A DNA stretch of 62,734 bases, filler included, from Asterionella formosa (lineage: Eukaryota), in the NCBI GenBank assembly GCA_002256025.1. It is 4 parts of 4 records of this genome, joined end to end, with 100 filler letters (N's around TTAATTAATTAA, not from the genome) between each part and the next. Parts side by side here need not be neighbours in the genome. Positions count along the whole stretch, not along the records: positions 20,524 to 40,925 come from NKIB01003380.1; positions 41,026 to 61,379 come from NKIB01003383.1; 2 more parts are not named here. One strand, 5' to 3'. The number at the start of each line of letters is the position of its first letter. Position 1 is the first letter of the stretch. Positions 33,211 through 44,466 of this stretch are shown here, one piece after another. Made by a program: the position numbers and the translations under genes. Under the pieces are notes generated by a model. It searched no databases. It saw only the letters and a program-made list of their open reading frames with translations, and was not told where the DNA came from.

Positions 33211-33958
33211 ATGGGACGAGGAAGTTACGGAGAGCCCGACTGGGCCAACCCTGACAACACCACCGTTACAGCTCCAACTCAAGATGCTGGAGTAACTGGA
33301 GCTTCCGTCAAACAGAATACGCCATCGATCCGGTAAGCCGACGATGGTTTCTTGCTTTCAGCATTGCTTAAATCGTGTGTGCTGCAGATTCCACAACGTA
33401 GTACTCGTCGTACGTGCAAATGGAATCCACTCGGTCATTTCTAACGAAAACTTGCGTTCGCAAAACAGTGGTAGCAGCGGCAGAGGCCGAGACTCCTGTA
33501 TCCTCGCCTCCTTGTCGCTGGCAGACATGGGAATCTCTGTCATGATGGCCGCTCTTGGCGTTTTGGTTTGTATCCATTATGCTGGAAACCTCACAAGCAC
33601 ATCGGAAGTCTTTTTGGCGGCGTACATGATCCTCTTTGCGACACTCTTGTTTCTATACGAACTCATGTGGTGGAAGGCTATTCCGTTTGTCAACAAGACA
33701 ATTCGAAAGAACTTTGGATTCTTGTATGGACTCAAGGGCAAGGGATTTTACCTCATCTTTGTGGCGTTTTTGTGTCTTGGACTTGGAGATGATGTGAATG
33801 TTAACAAGGCATTGCCATGGGCCACTGGACTGTCCTTTTTGGGAATGGGAATCTTGCATTTCTTTGTCGTTTTTATGTTTCCTGATACGGCTATCAAGTA
33901 TCAAGCGCCAACTGCTGGTTTGGACAGGTTTGGAGAAGAAACTAATAGTCCAGTGTAA
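33211..33958 (+). CDS. COPI-associated / Golgi membrane protein TVP15-like; 2 exons (intron 33333-33468)
   Basis: Four hydrophobic segments and NFGFLYGLKGKGFYLIFVAFL. A phase-compatible GTAAG...CTAAC...CAG intron links it to the ATG at 33211. Confidence 0.82.
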
Positions 33959-34077
33959 AGAACGACAAATGCTACGGCAAAGGCATCGTTTATGAACAAG
34001 TACATTTGGCTGTTTATTTCATTTAAAATGTGCTGCTCTAATTCTTAATCTATGAACAAAAATAGCCAGGCCACTGA

Positions 34078-37000
34078 TTATTTTGCTTTACATTCCAATG
34101 CCTCTCTGGGGATGGACCGGTCCCTCTTAGGACCTGGTTTCTGGGGATCCACAATAGGCTCTCTTGCGATCCAATCGGACAAGTAGTTGATGGCGGCCTC
34201 CAATTGTTCATCCTTGCCATCATACGTTGTTCTAGGGTTGTTATCCACCTCCAGGTCAGGTTCCACACCCATTTGCTCAATTCCGAGTCCCCATCCGAAC
34301 TTGTCGTTGTACGTACCAACCTCAGGCGCAGTAGCAATACCCCCATCGACCAGTCGATTGTCGGATGACAACCAAATTCCTCCACCCCACGTGCGTCGAC
34401 CAATCACCTGACCCAGCTTCAGTTCCGACACTCCTCGAGCGAATCCCTCGCCATCACTTGATGTATGCTCATCAATCAACACCACCAAATGTCCACGGAA
34501 GGCAAACTGTTCATCCCACCCAAGGCCACCAGAATGTATGTCCGTCGCTCGCCCCTGCCAATAGCTCCATGCACGACGTTGTAAGATATCCAATAACCAA
34601 GAGTCAATGCTACCTCCTCGATTATGTCGAACATCTACAATCAGTGCTTCCTTGTTGTAATCCGAAAAGAATCCACGAAAGAAGGCATCAGCATCGGCTG
34701 GACCTGACATGCTACGCAAATGCACATACCCGGTCGTAAAGCCCTTGGTATTGGCCAAAGTCATGGCCAGCTCCCGAGTGCTATATTCCCATGCCGCATA
34801 ACGGAGTGTTGCCGCGTCGGATCCTGAAATGGGAACCACAATGACTGGCTCCGGCACAATGTTAGTAGGGTCGCCAGTACCATGAGGCGGCTGTCGAAGG
34901 ACGTCCAGTCGAATACTACGTCCAGCTTGGCCACGAAGAAGCATATGAATATCAGGGACACGCATAACAGATTCACCATTAATTCCAACAATCACATCTC
35001 CCACTTGAAGACCCCGCTGTCCACTAAGGCGAAGTGCTGAGTCACTCAATGGACTGTACATTGCTATTCCATCAACCAAGTTAAAATCTGGATCGCGTAC
35101 TGGGATTGACGAAATGACATATCCTTGATATTCGTCTGTTCGAACCAACGTAGCTCCAAGACTGGCAACCTCATGGAAGGCAGCAAGCGCTGCGTCCCCG
35201 TGTAGGGGGTCGGCATACTCGCCACCATATACAAACACATGAAGGGCACTAAGTTCGGCTGCCATTTGGCCAAGTACATCGTCCAATTCTTCACGTTTGG
35301 AGCAACGAGGAACCAATTTTTTGTATCGGTCATGCATGGCCGGCCAATCGACACCATTCATGCCAGTGTCGTAAAAGTAGTCCCGAAGCAGCCGCCAAGC
35401 ATCGTTATAGAGTTGCTGATACTCAAGGGATGGCCACACACTAAGAGACATGTCCGATATATCGACAATGTTCTTGTCAAACTGAAAATCCAAAATCAGA
35501 GCACCAAGACCCATTGCAGTGTTCGGCACAATTTTCAGAGTATCAGAATAAAAAAAGATAATGTTGCGGCGGTCTGTACTAAGAGATGCGCCCATAAACT
35601 GCTTTCCAGGAAATTCGACTGAAATCGCCTCGACATTGTCAGATGGAAACGCTTCTGCGCTAAATATCTTCACGGCCGGCTTTGCGTCAGCACCAACCTC
35701 GATCAAGACGAAGCTTCCGTCAGCTGCCTGACTCAAAATCATGATATATTTCCCGGCAGGAATCCCAGCAACTCGATAGGCCTTGCGAGCAAACTTAAGG
35801 TCGGGAGGACCAAAGTCAATGGGAGCATCCCTGGGAAATTTCGACTTCTTTTTCGGAATAACACTGGGGGCACTGGATGGCGAGGAGGATGATGGCTTGT
35901 GTGATGGAGACGATGTGACCCTAACTGTAGGAGCAGGAGATGGCCGTGCCGTGGTTGCTCGACTGGGTGAAGCGGATGGCAACGTCGTGAACATCGAAGG
36001 CGTAGTTGAAGGCATACCGTGTACTGAAGACTGATCATTATTCTGGATACCAGGGGCAACGGAAGGTGTCATAAAAGGTTGGTTGAAACTAGTTGGATTT
36101 GGGCCATCGGTGCCCCCTGAAGCTGAACCGCTTGAAATTGACGGCGCTTGCGAAGGTGCCGCCGATGGTTGCGTATTAATACTTGGACGTGGGGAGCTAG
36201 CGCCATTTGAGAAACTTGATCCACCTGTATAACTGGAACCACCTGTATAACTGGAACCACCTGAATAACTAGTGCCACCTGAATAGCTAGAGCCACTAGA
36301 GCCAGTATCCAGTTTCCTTTCCCGGTTGTTGGCATCTGCCAAACGTCGCCGTTCGTCGGTATTCTTCATGTTCATATCGAGCTGCTGGCTCCGAACAATA
36401 GCAGCAGCCATTTTTAGGCGTCGACTACCAGGATGAATGGTAGAATCCTTTGCACCCGTCTTTAATGCAATAACATCCTCCATCATCGATTCTAACGCCA
36501 TAAAATTGTCTATCCATAACTCCGATGCTCCTCCTCCACTGAATATCCCCTTTGTTGGATTGAGAGGAGTATCTCGTTGTTCATCGGTGATCAAGGGAAG
36601 AGCATAAACGCTGAATCTCTCAGGAAAGTGTGGAGCAGGGCTTCGAGTCCCCCATGGAGTTGTCACATCCGTGATGATGTCTCGGTCACTCAAGAAAAAC
36701 AAGACAGTAGAACCTTCCGTGAGGTAATCATTATCATCGCTAATGAGAGTTGCAAGCTCGGGTGAAATGGACTGGAGGCCGATATCTAGACTAGTCTTTC
36801 CCCAATAGCAACCTCCAGAGTTGAATCGATCAGGAGTCGCTTGCGCGATACGGCCCAGGTGGATATCGACAATATCATCTGGATTATCTCCATCGGGACA
36901 ACCACAATCTGCAATGCTGATTATTCTGAACTGGTTTCTAGCGGGGTGAACAATCGCCAAATACTGGCCACCTGGACTCCATTCGAGTTCCGATTCAACG

Positions 37001-39362
37001 CCAACCATGGGCTCACCCCGCTCATTTTGGCTTGGCAAGACTGTGTATTTACTCTTTCCGGTTTGATACAACGGAATCGTCATGACGCAGATACGACCAT
37101 CTGTATCAGTCCATGAAAATCTGCGACCACAAGGACTTAATGCGACACTACCAGCGTTGACACTGCCCAATCCTCCAAGAGCAATGCTACCTCCATCGAT
37201 GTGTCCCCCAATGAATGGGTCCGGGAGATCGTGCACGTCAACGAAACTTGGAGCATTGTCGCTCTGAACTTCCATCAAATAGAAGGCATGTTCCGCAGTC
37301 TCGCTGATCGGATCAGTTGCCAAAACCAGAGCCAATCGACGAGCTGTTTTGCCCACTTCTTGTAGGACAGGAAGGAATTTGGCAACGAGCACTCGGACGA
37401 TACCCCCAGTGGTCGATCCTGGTGCCACACGGTATCGTCTGGCAGGTAAGTTCATCCCAGCTCCTGAATATTGATTTGCAGCAGTTAAGTCTTCAATGAC
37501 TGGGTTGACAAAAAGCTGTCCACGAATTCCCAGCAATGCAGCGGTGGCTCCAAACGGAGTCTCGAAAACGTCCATTGAAGTCAAATCTTTCTGAATACTA
37601 ACTGGTAGAATACGTTCTTGATGTTCCTGAAAGTCCGAAAAGACTACAATCGACACCTTCTGTATCTCGTGATCTTCATCGTTGTGGTTATCAGTGATCC
37701 GAGCTTCCAGTTCTTTTCCGCTCATGACATAAAAATCAGCTCCAATTCTCATGACAATACGATTTGTGATGGAATCGACGTCATATTCGATCAAGGCCAG
37801 CCCGTTGTAATCGCATGAAATGTCCGAGATTTGCACAAAGTTCGATTGCGGCGTGCTGTATAGCGTTCCTTCGTCTGGCAACAAAAATGCAAACAAGTTC
37901 ATACTAGCAGGTATCCATGCCCCTGCGGCATCCCTTATGCGATCACTTAAAAACAAAAGATAGTCCTTTCCATTTACTTTGGCAAGTTTTGGAGACTTGC
38001 TGGTTCCACGATAGTCCGCATTGCGAGTAATTTCCACAGCCATGGCTTGACCTTCACAGTAGAACCAAATTGATTCGGCTGTTCCGCCAACATATCGGAC
38101 AGTTTTGGAGCTCTGCGAAAACCTTGTGAAGTACAAGCACTTGTTTGCATCATCCCAGACACCGTCAATGGCTTGACTGAGAGGGACGGGCGTAATCTGA
38201 AGCACACGAAGTGGTAGATGGGCGGTTGCACGTTCAGTTAACTTTCGCGTACCTCCATCTTGCTTCAAACTCAGCGTATACAACCTAGGATCAGGCAAGC
38301 CTATTTCTCTCGAATAGGCCGAAAACACTAGGGTCATACCATCATTTCTCCATCCTACAACGCTAGAAATTCCTGGATTCCCATCCCAATACGTCAATCT
38401 CATAGCAGGCTGGTTGTGTTTCTTCTTTCTCAAATCCATCAAGTATACCTCCCGTCTCCCGGTGTACGTTGCGGTAAAGGCAACAAAGTAGGGAAAGATG
38501 GGGTTCAAGACAGGAGTTCTGACGTTGCCCACCGTGGTTGTCAATTTCATGGCATTAGGTGATGTAAACGAGGTAATGTAAAGGTCACCCTCGGTAACAA
38601 ATACAAGAGTGTCATTGACAATGCTGGGTTGCATTAAGAATCCCAAGTTGAATTCTGAGTCCGAATCGTCGCGAGTGTCATCATAGTCCAACCGAGGTGG
38701 AACTACCACACTCCCATACCATTCTGGTTTAATAAAGTCAAAAGGGTTGTATGGGTGCAAGCCGGCACCAGGATCATAATGCACAGATGCCAAGTTTCCT
38801 TTGGGAATGCTGACTTGAGAATCCTTAGAAGTTGCATCCCCGCCATCGACAGAGGCATCCGCCGACTTGGCCACTGCTTTATGCTTCGCCAACTCTTGGC
38901 TCACCCATAACTTGACCTCCTCCATGGCGGTTGTATTGTTGTGAGCGGCATGCTTTGCTTCAAACTTGTAGGTAACGATCGCAGCAGCAGCAAGTACGAC
39001 AAGAACCATGAAACACAACCACATGTTGACACAACACGTCGACCCGGGAGGGCGTCGATAGCGGGGTCGTGATCGCACAACAGGCGCTTCATCGTCAAAC
39101 TCATCGTCGAATTCATCCACGTTGGTGTAGTTTCGACTTGCGCCTCTAGGAGGGACGATTTTTCCCGATGGGCTCTGAAGTATGCAGATGGAACGTATCG
39201 TTAGCTTAGCAAGTCATGATCAACGATGTATGGCTATGTATGTAACCCTTTGCCTTTTGTTTCATGACTCGACTCAGAACGTACATGAAAGTCATTGTCA
39301 ATGCCATTAGGATCTTGATCTCCATTCGGATCGTCGCGATAAGGCGTGAGTGGGCTACTCAT
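34078..39362 (-). CDS. Tricorn-protease-like peptidase (S41) with N-terminal TM anchor; 2 exons (intron 39175-39284)
   Basis: Propeller start (LVFVTEGDLY, AFTATYTGRREVY, RYVGGTA); C1 (EYQQLYNDAWRLLRDYFYD..MNGVDW, ELSALH); PDZ (GDVIVGING); C2 (IVDVRHNRGG, TSSDGE, GRRTWGG, IEQMGVEPD). Confidence 0.93.
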
Positions 39363-39718
39363 CGGTTCCTTGGGTGGAAAGGTGTTGTAGTCTCTCACAA
39401 TGGCGGAAACGCGTTGCAACGTCGAACAGATTGATTTTGTTACAATGTGATATCTTAAATATTCTTTCATCTAGCCGGTACATACTACCTGGTGCGACTG
39501 GGCGTACTACTGGTAGTAGACCTCTTCAGTTTCCTAGTCAACGCATAAAGTGTGCGTATGTACATATCGGTATTAGATAGATTTGACATGTACAGGCATT
39601 GCTTGTACATAATAAATATCCGATGATCACATTGACTACCAGGTACCTGCTGGTTGGTTGGTAGAGTATGGTACCAGGTGAAGTATTTAACTAGAAGTAG
39701 TAGTATTTGTTGAATATA

Positions 39719-40925
39719 TGAGCTTATTAATTAATCCTTATGTATAACTCATTTCCTGAACTGACATCAAAGTATAGAATGGGTGTTAGTCGAGTTCTCT
39801 CATTATTGAATTCCGATATATTTGACATAACCCCAACTCTATATATATCTGTATCGATGTGCAGGATTGCTCACTCTCCCACACTTGAGGGAAAACCTTT
39901 TACCTATGAAAAGGTTTGATACGACGAATATTAATTCGTTCGGTAATATGCATAGTGCGTTGAAAAGTAACTGTACCATTGGCATGTACTTGAATAATAG
40001 TATAAGGACCTCGTCCACGATCATCCAAAGTAGTAGGATTATCCAATAATATTAAAATCTCGTCACCCACTTTGTAATCATAAGATCGACGACGGAAATT
40101 TGCACGACGTAAACGTTCGTCAATTATCACCTGTCGACGTTGATGTATTAATTGTAAATCTGTAATCAAAGGAATATTTAATATCATATCACGTTGGAAA
40201 ACCCATGCTCCTGGTGAAATACGTAATATACTATGAATAGTAGCTCGAGCTGCATATGACGCAGCTGCAAAACATGTATCCACAATATTTTGGGCTTGAA
40301 ATTCATTGATTGGAGGATGAGCCTTTAACATAACTCGTAGACTATTGCTGATAGATTGATGGAAACGTTCACAGATAGCATTTGCTTGTGGATTCTTTAC
40401 TGTGGTAGTCACATCTTTGATTCCATTCAATACTAACATGTGTAAGAAAGGAGCACCAGTAAATTCACCTCCATTGTCATGTATACAACGTTCTGGACGG
40501 GGATATCTGGCTAACCAATCATTTTCAAATTTCATTGCAATATATTCTGATGTTTTATTGATGATACGTGAAATTTCTGCTAAATTGGTGACTGTGTCAA
40601 TACAAGTTAGAGCACGAAATTCAATCGTTTGAGCAGCCACTGTTATCTTCCATGGACCAATTAGATCTACTGCGACTTCTGACCATGGTAATAATAATGC
40701 ATTCCTGGGTGGAAGTTCACCAAAACCAGTACCAGGTAATTTTGTACGTTGACATGCTTCACATACTCTTACAATATGTTCCACTCTTGTTTTTAATATA
40801 GGGTGATAAAAATGTGTAGCAATTGTAGCATTTAATCTTGTCATACCCACATGAGCTAACATCTGATGATACCAATTAATAATAGGATCCAATAATGATG
40901 TAGGAATAGCAATACGCCAAGTATC
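39719..40925 (-). mobile_element. Ty3/gypsy LTR retrotransposon 3' portion: integrase, PPT and 155-bp LTR (39719-39873)
   Basis: HHCC (YHQMLAH...CEAC), DLIGP, DNGGEF, NPQANAICER and a GPY motif, with integrase as the last domain. Purine tract then TGAGC...GCTCA LTR. Cut by the gap; visible frame is intact. Confidence 0.92.
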
Positions 40926-41025
40926 NNNNNNNNNNNNNNNNNNNNNNNNNNNNNNNNNNNNNNNNNNNNTTAATTAATTAANNNNNNNNNNNNNNNNNNN
41001 NNNNNNNNNNNNNNNNNNNNNNNNN
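40926..41025. other. Scaffold gap with artificial TTAATTAATTAA linker
   Basis: N-run, linker, N-run. Confidence 0.95.
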
Positions 41026-41639
41026 TATTGCTATTTACGTTTTAGACTACGGAGAAAACGGTGGTGAAGTTGGTTTGCTCGCAGTGTTGGATTATCAAAA
41101 AAGGTCTGATGTCTTGTACTCCCCTCTAAGTAAAATCAGTCGTGGCTGTGTACATTGAGGGGTACGAGACACCAGGTTTTACGGTATTGAGAGAAGGGGA
41201 AGAAGGGAATGCTGGTAGGGCAAACCTACAGTTTCACAGTATCCGCGTAGTAATAGGTACAGTTTCACAGTACCGGGTATTCGAATTCCTGTTAAGTCTT
41301 GTATATTTTATCTAATCACACATACTGGTAGGGTATTAAATGTTCCTTCAAAAAAAATAATAGACATACAGAGATGTATTTTATACACACTTTTTGAAGA
41401 AGAGGAAATGTTGAGATATCGTTCAAGAATTCATGCCGGTAGTGCATTCTATTCCACATAACAAACTGATGAGGTAATGGTGATAGAGAGCCTTCTACCT
41501 GTATCAAACCAACCGGTGAGAAGAGGTAAGTTATATGATTGTTTTGCTTCTCAACTGTGGCTACCAAGGGGCTTATGATCGGTACCGTGTGAGACCGGAA
41601 GCAAACTATAAAATTGTATCGCTGTTCGTGCGCGCTGCT

Positions 41640-42310
41640 ACCACTCAAAGTTTCTACACTTCCTCAGGACGAACGATAAAAATCAACCTAATTACAAGGT
41701 AAGAAACCGCACTTAATATCTTTGTGCACAATGCTGCAGAGGGTAAGTAGTGTCTGTGTCCACTAATTTGGATTTCAACATTAATAACATTTTTCCCTTC
41801 CATATATGCGCGCAGATGTGAGGGATAACAACGCTACCTGTCACCCATCAATCAACAGTGAGAGCATCGGTAAGTTACTATACTCTCATTTTATGCTTGT
41901 TATGTCGATTGGAACGTGAAGTTACTATATAGATTGTTTATGTCATCAGTTTGTGGCACATGTGTGGCTGGAGATGCTTTAATCATTTCAACACTTTTGC
42001 TAACATTGATATTATCTCCTCAAATCTTACAGGAACCTTGGAGAATGTGGCTTGCTACCATTCTTAATGGAAGCAACAATCAACCATGAGAGCACAGGTA
42101 AGTTATATGCACATTGCCTGCTCATACGGAAATTGGAGTGATGGATTGTTCATGTGATCGTTTTGTTGCACATATCTTTGTTTAGATGCCTGCCTTGCTT
42201 ACTTGATGCAACAGTTTTTTGCTAACATTGTTGTTTTTATCTCTTACAGGAAATTCGTACAAGAAAATTGGAGAATGTGACTTGCTGCCATTTGCAATAG
42301 TAGAGGTTCG
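41640..42310 (+). pseudogene. Short-exon multi-intron unit with a tandemly duplicated exon+intron module, probably degenerate
   Basis: GTAAG donors near 41699, 41744, 41869 and 42098; CTAAC branch + TTACAG acceptors near 42031 and 42249; homologous exons LGECGLLPF and IGECDLLPF. Confidence 0.45.
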
Positions 42311-42837
42311 AATAAAGCATCATCAATTTCGTTTACTCTCTCATTCCACTTTGAAGAGGCAATGATCTAAACATAGCTACCGGAAATGAAAATTAAGGTA
42401 TTGAAGACCACTGTGTGCTCATTCTGATAGAGGATGCACAGTGGAAAGTATAGTTGACCAGAAGTAGAATATTTGAGTAATTCGATTTGTGTTCATTATT
42501 GATCAAACATGATAATGGGTTTGATCAATGAGAGAAATAAGTTAGATCAGCAGTAGTAATGAACGTTAGATCAAAAGCTGAAAATTCTATTTGATATTAG
42601 CATTCCAAAGGATAGACTGAATGAATAACTGATTTGATCTCACAATTACTATCTTTAGATCGAACACCAAAACGTTATTTGATATCAATCAACTTTTTGT
42701 ATGATCAATCAGTATTTCTGTATGATCAATCAGTTTTTTGTATGATCAATCAAAAAATAATATGTCAAACTGAGAATTTTTTGGGGCGTGGGTCTTACAG
42801 CAAAACTGATAGGCCTAGCGGTTTTTTTATTTACAGA

Positions 42838-43237
42838 CGTTGTAGTTCAATGAACCCCAACCCCATTCAGCAACAGCTTTATGGTTGCTAGCGAAATGGG
42901 CAAAGTATTCATCCCATGATTTCGACACCAGATCAACAATGCATTTCATCCTTTCCAACAGCAAATTCAGCATGGCGCCTTTCCTTTTGGGTGAGTAAGT
43001 CTCTCTTGCATTTCTTGAGTTGGATGTTTAAACTTGGATTTGTTGTCAGGGTAAAAAATTGATGAGGTATTTCCTGCCAATGACTGTGAAAAATTTAGTG
43101 TCATGGTTGCCTTTCCTGCCTGATTTTGCTTCTGCAAATGGTACTTGATCATAGGTTTTGTTAGCCAAGCCAGCAGTGTAGCAGCCTTAGATGCAACAAT
43201 ATTATAGACTGCACCACATGGCTGGTAGTTTGCCATT
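42838..43237 (-). mobile_element. pogo/DDE_1-like transposase remnant, homolog of 14510-14945
   Basis: Colinear DNA match (ttcgacaccagatcaacaatgc, cagcatggcgcctttccttttggg); reads GWGSLNYN. Confidence 0.6.
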
Positions 43238-44466
43238 GCTATTTGCCTTTAAAGTTTCTTTTTCCATGACTATATTATCTTAAATAAGTGACAATACATT
43301 GTTATCCAAAGTATTGGGTATCACCTTTTACTTTTTGGATGGTTGAGGCTGTTTTCTTGTTGTAGGTTTCATCATTGTTAAGGAGATGACAGCGATTTGC
43401 CTCATTTTGTGTATGTTGGAAGCAATTTGTGATGTGAATTATGGTCTTGCACATAAAAATATGGCTCAATTTCTTGGCTTTCAAGAAATATTGCATTCAT
43501 TTACTGAGAGTGACTAATTGATTCATTTATTGCTTTAGTACATGGTCCATGGTGCTGGTTAAACACAACTAAATATATATTAGATATTATGTATTTTTAC
43601 ATAAATGTTTATGTGTATTTCTTGGCAATGCGGGCTCAATGGATTAAAATTGTTTTTGCCACTTTCGGGCTGATTGCTGCTTTCCCACACATTTATCTGA
43701 TTATCTAAAACAAAAGACCTAATTGACAAATAGATTGTTCTGTTCCGCGCAACATCAGGAACAACTTTGTTTTACTATAAATAGTCATGACTGGAAAATT
43801 AGAAAAAATCAATGTACAGCAATACGGTAGAGTGAATGTCATATCGTTTGGTGGCTCTAAGCCATTTTTAACTGGTAGTACCTAGGTAGTATGATTCGTA
43901 CGCACCAGAAAGTGTGTGCCGGTACGCACTTTCATGGAGGCACACCATTATAATGACGAAATTGACATCTATCACGACATCTTATTTATTTCATCCATAT
44001 AGATACCGGTATATACCGGGTATATCACCACCAGTACTTAGCGATCGTATATTTATTCTTCGCTTGGTATCTACCTGTTAGACCCGCCGTTCTCCTTGGT
44101 TTCTGTTGTGGCTCATAATGTTGACGAACATGCTCTTTTTGTTCAGCTGTCAAAGGGTTCCTAAAAAGAACAATCCAGGTCCTTTTCCCAGTTGTTCACA
44201 ACAAAAGGAAGTATCGGGTAGTCTAGGCTACAGTACTTGCTTATATGTAGAACATGGTTCCTGTTCCATATGTCTACCGGTACGCCTGGACGACAGAATA
44301 ATTTTACATACACGGACCACGTGTAATTGTGCTGTAATGCAAAACAAACCAACATTTTATATGTTACGCATTCTACAGGTAGTTGATGTGTCAGATGTTT
44401 TGTTGATCGTTGTCGGCCTTTTATTACTTTCCTTGACGATTCTAAGCTTAAAAAACAATCAGTCCA

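Noticed and set aside
34078..39362. Tricorn gene as bacterial contamination
   Set aside because: It has a spliceosomal intron and a eukaryote-type insert, and is contiguous with intron-containing eukaryotic genes.
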